Source: Vicugna vicugna (Eukaryota). Taken from it: a stretch of 64,000 bases of DNA. The position numbers and the translations under genes are program-made. The notes beneath the pieces are model-generated. The model did not search any database. It was not told where the DNA came from and worked only from the letters and a program-made list of their open reading frames with translations. The stretch covers positions 3,286,001 to 3,350,000 of the forward strand of contig MU058213.1 in assembly GCA_013265495.1 (NCBI GenBank). The letters are read 5' to 3'. The stretch's first letter is position 1. The number at the start of each line of letters is the position of its first letter. Positions 50,251 through 63,800 of the stretch are shown in pieces.

Positions 50251-53200
50251 TTTAATAAAGGTGGTTTTTTTTTTTTAAGGGAAATAAAGTCCATTTTTTT
50301 TGTAAGTGCAAATTTGTCAGCTTTTTTGTTAAAGAGCAATATCATGGTTTCATAAGCTTTCCTAACCCCAGAATACTCTAATTTTCTTAGTGGCCAATTT
50401 TATCTCTGTATCTGTTTATCTCCTTATCCATATGAATGTTTGTATTGAACTCTTGCCTGACAAGACAATGAAAAGTACTAACATGTTTCTAGGCTTCTTA
50501 TAAAGTTTCTAGAAATATCTGGGACTTTGTATATAAACATAAACGCACATTTCTTTCCTTAATTCTCAATGAGTCATGCGGGAATACTAATTTGTAATAT
50601 GTACACAGCATGGGAACAGAGTGCCCCAAGAAATCAAGGCCATAAAGTGTGCAACTGAATCAACATAGAATAGAGAATTAATATGATTAAAACAATCACT
50701 TTAATTTCTCAGAGTGGAAATGTGCATAGAAAAATGGGCCTTTTAAAAAGAGTGTTTCAGATGTAGTTTCCATAGTTTTGAAAGGTCAGAGTTAAGGCCC
50801 ATCTGCCATGATTTTTCTTCTGAGACAAAAAGCCATTTTATGAAAAGAATAGGAGTGTATTCAAGAAACGGAAACCACACTAAAAATCTTCATACTTGGT
50901 CATCCAGATGGAGAAAGGTGAAAGTTCAAAAAATTATTTTAATTGTTTCCTCCATTAATATCTCTAGGTCATTCAAAACCCTATAACTTGTTAAATGATC
51001 CTAGAAACCACAGGAATCCTCTTCCTGTATTATCTTAAATCATTGTCAAGCATAATACGATTTTCAATACACAGATTCAGAGATAATCTCCCACAATTTG
51101 AACACAGTTTTTTGGAGGTACTGTATTTTGGGAATTTAATTAGTGTATTACAATCTTCTAATAATTAAAATATCTTGATCCTCACAGCTAACTGTATTTG
51201 TGGTTTGCTTTGGCTGCAAGGAAGCTCACAGCTAAACTTAACAGGCATTTCTAGCAACCATACAGTACCTTACAGCATGCAATAAGGAAGCTGCTATCCT
51301 GGTTTCATTGATTTTTCAATCTTGATTTATCTTTGCTCCAATTTCTTCATCTAGGTATAGTCAATTAAAATGCACTTTATTGGTTTTTTCTCATTATGAT
51401 CAAATATGTATTTGTTACAGAAAGTTTATAAAACTCAGATAAGCCAAAAGAAAAAAGAAAAAGAAAATATCCTTAAAAATCAGCATCCAGAGATAAGCAC
51501 TGTGAGCATTAGTCTGTATGCTTTTTCATTCCTTTTCCTAGCCACGTGCATACATACTCGGTATTTTTTGCATTTTATAACCTGCTTTTTTCATTTAATA
51601 TACTATGGACAACTACTCATATTATTAAACATTCTCCTAAAACATCCCTTCTAATGTCCACATTTATTCAAGTTGTATGTATGTACCATAGTTTATTTTA
51701 TTAAACTTCTGTAGTTGAACATTTAGGTTTTGTCCAGCTTTTCACAATCATAAATGACCCTGTACACTACAGAGAACATCCCTGTGATTAAATGTTTGTG
51801 AATGTTCATTATTACTTTCTTATGACAGGCGTCTATTAACGGGGTTGATCGGTAAGAGTGTGTATTAAATGCACCCCCCCTTTGGTGTTGCCTAATTATC
51901 CTTAGAAAAGCTTTTATCAATTTACACTCCCACTATCAATATGAGTGTTCTCTAACCCCAAACCCTTACCAACACTGGGCCTTATATCACCTATTTCTTT
52001 TTTTTATTTTGTTGAATTCGTGTTTCTGTATTGCGTTCCTCTAAATCTTTCTTAGAAGGAAGCAGGAAGTATATATATTTGAAATAATGACTTGAGTTAG
52101 ATATACTTACACAATCTACCAGGGAAGTCATATACTGTGATAATCAGGCAAAATGTGCTGCCCACTGCACAGGTTTCCTAAGTTATTATCAACATCCTGG
52201 CATGCTAAGAAAGCTCAGGTGCCATTTTCATCTTCAGCTGAAACAACCGCTCTAGTTTCTGTGATAAGGTCAGAGTTAGTGGCGTGCCCTATCTTGGCTA
52301 ATTCAAGAAGCTTCCACTTACACAGGACAGCCTACATTCTGGGATGTTACGCAGTCTTTGAAGAGTTCAAGCATCACAGAGTGGAAGAGAAGTGTAAAAT
52401 TTCAATAAACTCTGTTGGGATTACGTTATCACAGTAGTTTATCCAAATCAACTGAGAATCAAGTTGTTTAGACAGGAAAATATACCAGTATTCAGCCTGT
52501 TTTGATAATTAGTCTCTGACTATGGTTTATGCCATGCCTTCTTTAAATCTTTCATTATCCCTTCAGGGTCCTTCACCTAGTTAACTTCTAGTATCCTTCA
52601 GATCTCAATTCATTATCAGTTTCTCAGGGAAATCCACTCCAATGGCCACTCACAAATTACATAGTGTCCCTTATAACTTATGACACCCTATGCCTTATAA
52701 CTCTGTATGCTTTTCCACCACAGCACTTACCAAAGTGTGCAGTTATAATTTATGTGGTGACGTGACTAATGTCTATTTCCTCTTCTAGACTGTAAAGCTT
52801 CCTAACTGGGGTAGTTACTTAGAAATAACCAATTCCCTATTTTAGAATAGTGGTCTCCAAATTTTTTATTTCCCCCTCCATTAATAATATTTCCTCTAAC
52901 ATGCATATTCATAACAAATATACCTTTATTTATAACATATACATGTGTAACTGTCCTATGATGTACTTTATGAAGCACACAAAATATTTTTAAAGGCTAA
53001 GATAAAAATATTTGCCTCCAGTAATGCCTGTCTTGTAGTTCCCCTCCACCTCAGGGAGTGTATAATTAGCACAAAGCTTAACATTTCATCTGCATTAAGG
53101 TTTTTTTTTTAAATAACAAGCTTAAAACAAAAACAAAACAAAACCCCCAAGTATAATTACTGCTATGCAGCAAATGTTTTTTTTCCTATCCACTCTGAAG

Positions 53201-54246
53201 TTTCTTTCATGTGCTAATGTGGCATTTAAAAAACCTCCTCTCCTTTAACTTACTTAGATCTTTAAAGACCTCACACATCTAAAGATTCTTTACATTCACC
53301 AGAAACGTCCAGAGTGCTCTGAGGGTTGACATGCAGTATGATTAATGGACAGTATTGATTTAATTTCCTAAAAGAGTTTTCCCTTCTGCAAGGAAAACTG
53401 TTGTTCGCAATTCATGTCAAGCATTTTACCATGCTTACAGATTCTGAAAATTAGTAAAAAAGGAAAAAGCTTACTGAATTTTTTCCTTCATTCATAAAAA
53501 TACCATTGGGAAGTTCTGGCCTATAAAACAATCAAGCTGATAAAAAAAACTATGACCATCTTCCTAAAACCAAGGAAACGTTGATTTTGTTACCATTTTA
53601 ATGAGGGTTTTTTTTTTAGCACATGTAGAAAGGAGACAGAAAGTAAAACAGTAAAATAAATTTAATAAATAAACAAAATATAAATACAAAGTGCTATAGA
53701 GAATACTGGGATATTTTAGGAGAGAGATACATAAAGTTAAAGGTTCAGTATAAAGCTATTAGTTAAATAATTATTAAATAGACTTGAACATCACGAGAAA
53801 GTAAACTTTCAAAGAGTCTTCGAAGATCTTAAAGTGTCATTTGAAATGAAATTAAAAATATGTTTTCTGGAGACAAATAGTGGGATTAATTTTGTTCTCA
53901 TGTACTCTTTGTATTCGTTATCTGAAGAAAAACTTGACTTCTTAACATACAAAGAGAGAAACAACTGGTGAGCCTCATTCTCACCTTATTTCAATAGTGC
54001 TTTTTTTTTTTTTAAGTTTTCTGTTTCTTTCGTTCCCTAAAGAAAACATATTTCAAGTGGAAATTTACTTTGAGGGAGCCGGCAGGAAGGGAGAGTAAGG
54101 GAAACAGAGGACACGGCCTCCAGGCATCCCCAACCCTAAGTTCTCTAGCATCAGACCCCAAACTTCAGTGACATCAGACTCAAAACTGGAGACACTTCAC
54201 AACTGGTATTTCACTTTACAGAGCGGTAAAAAACCAAAAACCACCA

Positions 54247-54247
<1 letters not shown>

Positions 54248-54281
<34 letters not shown>
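54248..54281. repeat. (CA)n microsatellite
   Basis: Read directly. Confidence 0.95.
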
Positions 54282-54284
<3 letters not shown>

Positions 54285-55613
54285 CCACAGCCACTTGAAA
54301 TAATGGAACCTCCTTGTCCTGCTCATTTTCTCCATCTCCACAGGGGCCTTGCTTTATTTAGGGCTCTCCGCAGTCAGGCATGTGAAGCGCGGCTCCACAA
54401 GTACTGTAAATCTTTACCCAGCACCAAGGGTCAAAGGGTTATCTGTGCTGTGTAGTTTTAGGGTAGATGATTTTCTTTACTCCTTTCTTTCTTTCTCCTT
54501 CTTTTTCTTCTTAAGAAAACAAAACGTATGCGTAGGAAACAGCAAGCCAATTTAGGTACTAAGAAAGTTCCCCTTCTGCAGCTGAAATGCTTTCTCGAGA
54601 AAACTACTAAATATTAACTTTTCAGGCATTTTACAAAGAGAAACCAGATGCAGCTGAGTCCTCCTCTCCATCACCATTGTCTGCTAGAAAACTTGCCACA
54701 CAGCTGCTAAAGCAGTAAAACAACTTCAAACCCACAGAAGTGAGGACCATTTAGGCAAATGCATCAATTTCGTTCTTGGGCAAAAAAAAAACAACTTTGC
54801 TTTATCTTGGGGGGAAAAAAAAGGAGTAGGGTTTTGTGTGTGTGTGTTCACAAATTACACCTCATTTAATAACAAGACAGATGTTTTTCACAGAGCTTTT
54901 CATGTTTTACAGCATTTCTAAAGGTGATGACTATTCAAGACTAAGAATATAAAAGTCCAGGAAAAACTATCAAAATTCTTTTCCCAATTATTTTTTGGGT
55001 TTGATATGGAAAATAGAACCTTAATATTTTTTTTAAAGATGGAGGAAAGATGTTTAAGAAAATATAGGCATTTATGCCTTCCTTGTCTCTTGTCAAAATG
55101 ATCTTTTTAAAGTGGGAAATAAAATTGTTGGGTGTAACATCCCAAAGGGTGCCACTGATACAATTCTGACCCAATACAATATACAGCACAAGAGTAAACG
55201 GCATTTATTCTTTCAGGACACACTGTCATTTTAATGCTCTTTGCAATGCTCCAATTTAATAAGCAGAAATGCAAATGATACTACTACTGCTCTTGCATTC
55301 AACTGATTTACAAAAACAGTTACAAAAAGGCTTTCAAATATTGAAGAGTACTAGATGTCTTCTGTGATCTGCTACAAGGAACAGTTTGGAATTTGCCAAC
55401 TATTTTTTTCCCATAACATAGCAGCAATGATTTACCTGATCCTTTTTGCTTCTTTCTTATTTAAAATTCCTCTATCTTTTATGGCAAGTAAAAGAAAAGA
55501 GATAAATGTTAGAATTGCACCAAATTAAGCATATTAATATGACCTTATCTATATGGAAGGCAAATGGAAGGAATTTCAGTTTCCTGAGGTCTATAGAGAT
55601 GATTTTTAAAAAA

Positions 55614-55778
55614 GAGAGGGAGGTGCCAAGATGGCAGAGTAGAGACTCGCAGCTCTCCCTCTCCCACAAGTACACCAAAAAGTACATCTATAAACCCAAT
55701 GAATCGCACAGAACGCCTACTGAACTCTGGCAGGGTCTCTCGCTTCAAAATACAGGAGAATTCTCACAAAATTCGATC
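55614..55778 (+). mobile_element. Isolated L1 5'-UTR start fragment
   Basis: 'gagagggaggtgccaagatggcagagtagagactcgcagctctccctctcccacaagtacacc' resembles the start of mammalian L1 5'UTRs (YY1 motif CAAGATGGC), directly after ttttt|aaaaaa. Confidence 0.6.
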
Positions 55779-56169
55779 AACAATAAGTTCGTATCTTCAC
55801 CAGAACACTAACCTTTCCAACCCAACATGATCAAAACTGAACTTACTATCTCCCACTTTTCCAAACCTCATCTTACTCCTGAAAATTCTACTCCAATTAA
55901 AGTACTGTCCACCCAGAGCTCTTGAGAATCAGTCCAACTTCTTACACACCGAATGATGTTACAGACAGCTAATAGTTATTGAGCACTTAAGTACCAGGGC
56001 ACCATGTTGAGGGTTCCACATGCAGTAGAATATTTAATCCTCAGCATCCTGGACACTGTGCAAATCGAGGTTCATGGAAGTGCAGTAACTTGACCAAGAT
56101 CACAACCCAAGTGTGTGGAGAGCTAGAATTTAAATGCTGGCCAGTCTATCTCAAAACTTTAAGTCTTCT

Positions 56170-56491
56170 ATTTCAACTTTTCGAATTGGCCTTTTGGGGG
56201 TGTATGGTTCTATTTAACACATGCACAGATTTGTGTAACCACCACCACAAACAGGAAACAGAACAATCCCATCATCTCAAGAAACTGCTGGTGCTGTCCA
56301 TTTGTAGTTAAATCCTGCCCCCACCCCTAATCCATAGAAATCACTGTCCTCCATCCCTATAGTTTTGACTTCTCAAGAATGTTACACAAATGGAATCATA
56401 CAGAATGCACCCTATTGAGACTGGCCTCTTTTACTCAGCACAATGCCATTGATACTCATCAATAAACTACTGCAAGTAGCAATACAGTTCA

Positions 56492-56528
<37 letters not shown>

Positions 56529-57030
56529 CTCTTTCTTTCCCGCTCTCTTTCTTTCCCTCTCTCTCTCTCTTTCTCTCTCTCTTTCTTTCCTGCTGAGGAG
56601 TAACGCAATTGTATGGATAGACTACAGTTTGTTTTTCCACTCACCCACTGAAGGAAAACTGCTGTTTCTAGTTTGGGGGGACTGTGACCTGAGCTATATA
56701 TTTGCATATAGGTTTCTATGTGAACAACCATTTTCATTTTTCTAGGTTAAACTGCTGGGTCACATGGCACAGGCATGTTTAACTTTATAAGACAGCACTA
56801 AACTGTTTTCCAGGGCGGCTGTACCATTTTGCATTCCTACAATAATGTGTAAGAGTTCTAGGTGTTCTGTGTCCATGTCAGCACTTATTACTGGCAGCTT
56901 TAGTATTTATACATTTTTTGGTCATTCTAATAGGTATGCAGTGGAACCTTACTGTAGTTAACATTTTTTAAATTTGTATTTCCCTAATGACTAATGATGC
57001 TGAACATCTTTTCATAGACCCGTTAGGCAT
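56170..57030 (-). mobile_element. L1 (L1MB-like) 3' end with a compound (TTGC)n/(CT)n microsatellite at ~56492-56590
   Basis: 'gatttgtgtaaccaccaccaca', 'aaatggaatcatacag', 'ggctgtaccattttgcattcc', 'ttccctaatgactaatgatgctgaacatcttttcat'. Confidence 0.8.
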
Positions 57031-57460
57031 AATCCCTATATATGAAGGTCTCCCGTCAGGCCCACATGTAATCAGAAAAGTTCTAAGTCCAAAAATCTTC
57101 TCATCTGCCATCTCTCCATCTCTCCAATGAACTACTGTCTTAGCTTATACTTACTTTACTATTTTAGATTATTTCAAAACCCATTTTATTGATTTCTTGT
57201 CTTTAGTAGCCCCCTCCTTGACCCATGCTCACTGCACTCTCTAAACCTATCCTCAACAATATCATTATCAGTTATCTGTCTAAACAAGCCATGTTATTTT
57301 CTCACTTAGAAACTTTTGATAGTTCTTCACTGTTTATCAGGACAAAGACCAAATATTAAGGGTTCTTAAAACACACGCACGTGGTTAACTGTACGGTTTT
57401 AGTCTCAATAACCCCTACCCAAATAACCCATGTTTTAGCCATAGCAAATCAATGAGGCTA

Positions 57461-57582
57461 CCTCTTTTAATCGTTCTGTTTTTGTACATTTTAAGCTCTT
57501 ATGATTGGAGTGGTTTTCCTCCTCTTTTAATCTTTCTGTTTTTGTACATTTTAAGCTCTTATGATTGGAGTGGTTTTCCTCC
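57461..57582. repeat. 60-bp tandem duplication (2 copies, 1 mismatch)
   Basis: 57461-57520 vs 57521-57580 differ only at 57473 (g) / 57533 (t). Confidence 0.95.
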
Positions 57583-59218
57583 ATTTCTCTACTGGGCAAA
57601 CTATTTTTCATCATGCAGTAAAATTAGTCATTTATCCTTTATGTTTCCAGAATACTCTGACTATACCTCAGTTTTGCCTATGACTGATAAGTCCTCCAGG
57701 CTGAACTTAAAACACTCTGGAGACAGGCATGCCAGCTTATGTTCAGGATCCCTGTGCCTGTGCCCAATACAAGGCCCGGCAGAGTGTGTGCATTCAATTA
57801 ATGTACATTAATTTTTAAATTTTAAAAATAATAGAGAATAATGGGGAACACACACATAAACTTCTGAGAAAAATATGTATTGCAACCCAAAAATTAGAAA
57901 TTTTGCATTTAATTTTGCAATTAATTTGCTGGTAGTTAATTTACACTAATTTAACAGTAACTGCAGCCCATTATTAGTAATTTCCAAATGGAGTTCATCT
58001 GATTTGCAAGGCCAAAGAGCTTCTGTGTTATAAACCTTCTAGTAGGGTCCAGGAGAACAGCTCCAAGAAAGCAGAGGACCCTCTTTACCTGAGATCCACG
58101 GAGTTCCATAAAACACTGTACTCACTGTATTCACATAGTGCTAATGAGAGCTTTACAGACAGTGCTGTAGCTTTGGGTCCACTGTAAAGCTCAATGATAG
58201 CAGCTGAGTGGGTTAAAAAATATTCTCCTTTTGATTGACTACTAAATGCTCATGGCTTCATGCTGTGGATTCAAAGAACAGTTTGTGTTACGGGTTTATG
58301 GAATCCATGGCTCTGTTTCCTTTACTTCTTTGATCATTTAAAAACACAAAATTTAATTAACTTGGCAGTATCACAGTTACTTAAAATGAGAGGAACAAAT
58401 CAAGAGTAATTAGGCTTTCTCAGGGGACAGAATACATCATTAGATTTGTGACTGGATGCCTTCTGAGAGTTAACGCCAACAAAATGAAGAATAAATTAAA
58501 ACACTTTAACACAGTTACAGAACTGGCTTAAAGGCAGGCATGAGCCAAAGGTCCAAATACCTTCCCCTTCTAGTTAAAAGAGATTTTTTTTCCTGATAGG
58601 GGATCAACACTAGTTAATAGTTCGTAAATGATTTTTTGAAGAGAATCTGCACAGTGAAATTTCCAAATTTGCTAATTTGGTGGATACTATATCATATAGT
58701 GATTGTAATCCCCCAAAGTTGAGTATAAACTGATTTAAAACAATAGAATAAGCTGTTCTGTGAGGGAATTTTTATTTATTATTTGATGGAAACTGCCATG
58801 TACAGCAGGGGCTGTAGCAGATTTGGAGCACAGAGTTTTGTAACATCTCTGAACCAGAAAGTGAAAAGAAAGTTCACAAAACCTCCTCTTTCTGGGAAGA
58901 ATCAATTCTGAGCTGCTTCCTGTCTCACTTCTCGACATCACATTCTACACCTGCCCTGCAACAGAAAGATACTTACATAAATCTCATCAGGCCACTCACG
59001 TGCTTAGAATCATCTAACAGCTTCACACTGCCCGTAGGACAAAGCCCCAGTGCCCTCACACGCCTTATCAGGGGCTAGCCTCTTACGGGCCTCTCCAGCT
59101 TTGCTCTGGTCACAGTAACACTTCAGTTCCTCCAGAATGCGGTTCCCTCACCTCCTGGCCATCCCACATAAATTTCACCATTCCCCGAGCGGTTCCTGGC
59201 TTCTGCCATTCCCTCTTT

Positions 59219-59378
59219 CTAGAGGTAGATTTTCTCCGAAGCTATGAAGCTTAAGTTTCAGAGCCCTTTATTTGAATGGGGTCTATTAGAGACCCTGTAC
59301 CTACAGTGTATTTCTCTATTAGCTTAATTTATTGCCTATTATTTTATTAGGCTCCAAACAACCCGTATATGCTCCTGC
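59219..59378. mobile_element. hAT MITE (MER53-like) within L2 remnants
   Basis: 'agaggtagattttctccgaagctatgaagcttaagtttcagagccc' resembles the recalled MER53 start. Confidence 0.45.
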
Positions 59379-59980
59379 CCCTTTGCCTGGCTAATCCTCT
59401 TCTTCCTTTAGATCTCAACATATGTTCTTTCCTCTTGGAAGCCATCTCCATTCTAGCCCTAAAATAGGTCAGAGGCTCCTGCCAAGTGCGGACGCCCACT
59501 ACCAGAGTTCACCATGCCTTATTTTCATTGATTGTTTAATTATCAGTCTTCCTCCCAAGCTTCCCAAATGCTATGACCACATCTACACTGAACATGGCTG
59601 TGACCTGATACAGGGCCTACCACACAGCAAGCTGTCTGAGAACGAAACAGTACTCAGCGGCAAACAAAACACAGGAATGGAATGATTAAACCCACAAAGG
59701 GCCACGTAAGCTGAGAAGGATGGGGAAATGTGACTAGACACAGGATAAGCAGTAAAAAGCGCAATAAACATGGACTAAAGAGAGGTTTAGTAGGAACAAT
59801 AGTTAAAAACTGTAATCAGTCTGACAATTCAGAGGGTCAGCAAAATATAGGAACACAGAAGGCACAAAAGCAAATTTCTGAAAGATTTCTAACAAGAATA
59901 ACACTCTAGAGCTAAGAGTTGTTAAGTTACAAAGAATTAACACTGGCTATTTAGGAAAAATATTACTAGGTCATCTCAAC

Positions 59981-60147
59981 CAGTGTTTCCACTTTAATGT
60001 ACATATTAACCACTTGGTAATTGTATTAAAATGGAGACTCTGATTCAGTAGGTCTGGGGAAGGGACAGGAGACCCTGAAATTCAACATTTCAAATAAAAT
60101 TTCAGGTTACGTTGCTGATTCTGGAACCACAGTTTGAAGAGCAAGGA
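59981..60147. mobile_element. MER5A-like hAT MITE
   Basis: 'cagtgtttcc...ctgattcagtaggtctgggg...ctggaaccacagtttgaagagcaagg'. Confidence 0.6.
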
Positions 60148-60214
60148 CTATCAAGTCTATACCTGGAACCGACAAAACATAATAATATGGTTTAACACCT
60201 TTGGGTCACCTGCC

Positions 60215-60842
60215 AGCTAAAAATTGTTTTTCTATTTTTGAGTAGTCAGAAAAAAACGTAAACAATATTATGTGACACATCAAAATTATATGAAACTCAA
60301 ACTTCAGTGCCCATAAATAAAGTTTTACTGGAACATAACCAACACCCATGCATGTACACATTTCCTGTGCTGCTCTGTGCTACCGTGGCAGAGACCATAC
60401 GGCCCAATGTATTAGTCTGCTTAGGCTGCCGTGGCAAAATACCATAGATTGGATGGCTTAAAACAACAGAAATTAATTTCTCAGTCTAGAGACCGGGGAG
60501 TCCAAGATCAAGGTCTGGCAGGGTTCCATTTCTGGTGAGAGCTCTATGCCTAGCTCGTAGACAGTTCTCTTCTCACTGCCTCACGTGGTGAAGAGGGAGC
60601 TCTGGTGCCTTTTCCTCTTCTCATAAGGACATCGGTCCTATTGGATTAGGGCTCCACCCTTATGACCTCATGTAACATTTATCACTTCCTCAAAGGCTCT
60701 ATCTTCAAAGACAGTCACATTACGGGGTTAGGGCTTCAACATATGAATTCGGTAAGAACATAAACATTCAGTTCATAACACCCACAAAGCCTAAAATATT
60801 TACCATCTGGCCCATTACAGAAAAAAATTTGCTTACCCTAGT
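60215..60842. mobile_element. MER58B-like MITE split by an MLT1A-like LTR
   Basis: The left half ends 'gagaccatacggccca' and the right half resumes 'cccacaaagcctaaaatatttaccatctggcccattacagaaaaaaatttgc'. Confidence 0.7.
60408..60780 (-). mobile_element. MLT1A-like (ERVL-MaLR) solo LTR
   Basis: TGTATTAGTC...CATAACA termini; 'gagtccaagatcaagg', 'ggattagggctccacccttatgacctca'; 5-bp TSD cccaa/cccac (4/5). Confidence 0.85.
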
Positions 60843-63800
60843 CTAGACCTTTGCTTCTCAAAGTGGGCAGACATGCAAAAATTTCAGGCCACAACCAGAC
60901 CTACTGAATTTTAATGAGGTCCCTGGGTAAATTCATACACATATTAAAGCTCAAGAAGTAGTGGTTTCCAAATCTAATGATCATGGTAAATCACATGGGA
61001 AAATTTTTTTTAAAATAGATTCTCAGGCTCTATCCTGGTAGAAGAACTATTTTAAAAACAACTGCAACAGCTAACGTTTGCTGAGGACTTAACAATGCAA
61101 TTTACCAGGCATTGTGCTAAACTTTATGTGCATTGTCATTAATCTTCCTAACATTCAAAAATAGCTGCTATTATTATTATTATTAATATTATTATTATTA
61201 TTATTCCTATCTGAAAGATTAGGCAAACAACCAGGATTTAATTTGTTAATAAACTGTGGAGCTTATAAGTTAAACCTAGGCAGCAGACATGCAACTTAGT
61301 CAACTGATATTATTCTTGTAAGTGTCAGTGCCATGTGCCTCCTATAAAAGAGCTTTGTAAACGAAGTACCATGGGAATGACTGACACCAATTGGGGTCAC
61401 AAGAGGATTCCCAGAAGAGTTAAGACTTAAAAGCCAGGCAAGATTTTTCCAAACAGAAAGAAGAGATAAATCTCTAATTTTGTCCAGAGAGTATCAAAAA
61501 TATTTTAGAATGGAAGATAATCTTTCATCCAAGAAAAATAATTTAAGGAAAGATAAACAGATGATTAACTGTAACTTTTGTAGAGTTTTTACAGCTTCAT
61601 CAATCTGGATTTGCCTTTAAATAGAGGTAGTTGCAAACTGGCAAATGGAAATGTTTTCTTTTTTATTGTCTTAATGGAACACTATATTTTTTAATCATGG
61701 GAGTTTTTAGAAGTGGATGCTCCATTTCTTTTGAGGGATTTTTTTTTAAGTATTATGGTTCTAATTGATTTGAGTATTGATCATATTTGTCATTTCTGGA
61801 TAGAGAATGAAATATTTTAAAAATTTTGCTCCCTTGGTAAATTAAGAAAAAATAGTTCAGTACTCCTAAGTCTCTGCCAAAGACTCAGTAACAGATTAAA
61901 CACAACATAAGAAACGGTGACTTGAGAGATGCTTGACAGCGAAAGAAGTGAGAGACAGTACTTTTTAAGCGTTCCCTTTGTTTTGTTATAATTTACTCAC
62001 AGTCAGTTTTATGGCCCACATAGTAGGTGGTTTCCAAAATCATTCCTTTAAGAAGTCTACTGCCTTTGGTTAAATGAACCTATTTTGTAATTATTTGAAA
62101 AGAAAGAATGAAAGACTGTAATCAGATACTGTTCAGAGCAACTATTTCTACTAAAAGTGAAAATTAACTGTGGAAAAGCACAGTAAGAACAGAAGAGAAG
62201 CAAAAAAATGTGAGTTTATATCCCAAAGACCTTGTCTGTGATAAATGACAGCAATAATGTTAGTGGAATTTTTAAACCGACCCTAAAAATGGTCTGTTAA
62301 CAAATGAACGCAAAAAAGCTAATCTGGACAGAACGCTTAATGCCATTTATGTTGCCGGTACATTACTTTAGCATAGAAGAATCCCGGCATCTGTTAAGGT
62401 ATCTGAGCTGATAGTTGCTATCAAGGAACCAGATCATCTGAAACGAATTTATAGAATAAGAGTCAGTATGGAACAATACACCTGAAATTATTCACAATTA
62501 GGACGATCTTATCATAAAATATAGTGTATTTTCCACTCCATCTTAAGGGGGTACAGTCAGAAAGTTGCAAAACAACCACATTATAAGGGTTTTCACCTGT
62601 AGCAGGCTTCCAAAGACTCTGGATGTTGTCTAAGGCTTCCTTGTGTGAGGGGGAAGAGGGAACACAGTCTCTGAAAAGACTCCGGCTTCTTTAAAACGTG
62701 ACTTCCGTATTTTGTAAATTGAGTGATCCTCATTATCTTCAAAACAAAATCGCTATTACAGTAAGGTTCAAAATGAACCCTCTCTGATCAAAGTGGTCTC
62801 CTTTATGCCACAAAATCTTGTTCTGCCTTGACTAAAGGAAAGATTACAACTTCCTCCAGCTATATCAATTTGGCTTACGAGTGGTAGTTTTCTGCTTTCT
62901 TTCATGAGATATGTAACCAACCACACAACCAAATCCTATTCTGCTATGATGAAAGGTAACACCCAGAAATCTGACTTAATTTTACCATGCTTCCATACAA
63001 ACTGGCTAAGGGACTCTGAAATTAATCCTTAACCCGGGACTGTTTCTTTCACCTCCTACTCCCAGCAATAACTAGGAGTTTTAACTTAAGATTTCTCAAA
63101 AAAAAGATTGAGTTTTGAAGATGTGCAAGTGATCCAAAAATGTTGCTAATGATTTTAAATATTCTGGATCTTTACAATTGGTGCTAAATAGCATGCCAAC
63201 ACATCACACTTACTGTGAAACCTAACAGCACAAATTCTTGGGCAAAATAGAAGCTGAAGATTATCTAATATCAGCGTCCTAAATGCTAAACCAGCAAAGA
63301 CACTATCCAAATAATCCCCCACTTTCTCATCCTACAAAGATGAAACAATTAAGATCAGTTTCTGACAATCAGCTTATGGAAACAGTTCCTTTACCATTAG
63401 AAACCCTAACTTCAGAATCTGAAGTCAATTTCTGAAATAAACAGGCAAAAAAGAGGAACAAATTATTTCCATCAGTCTATTATCAGGGAACACAAGTGTG
63501 TAGCTATTAATTTTGCTTCAGTTTATTGTGCGATGACTATAACAAACATTTAAAATTGTACTTAAAACTGAGCTAAATACTGAAAGTACCAAGTAAAAAA
63601 AAAACTAAGTGAAAATAATCACTACAAAGATGTAAAATCCTGAAGAAAACCGCAAACCACAATTTAGAACAAATCACATAAACATTAAATCAGAAGCCTA
63701 ATGCTTTATATCCAACTCCCCCAAAGTAAACCACTTCCAATAAAATCAAACTGTGTATTTTAAAATCATTAAACGAGAACAAACTAGCAACATCAAAATA

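Noticed and set aside
57452..57811. 119-aa hydrophobic ORF with an internal repeat
   Set aside because: The repeat comes from the in-frame 60-bp DNA duplication in L2-like sequence. There is no evidence of coding function.
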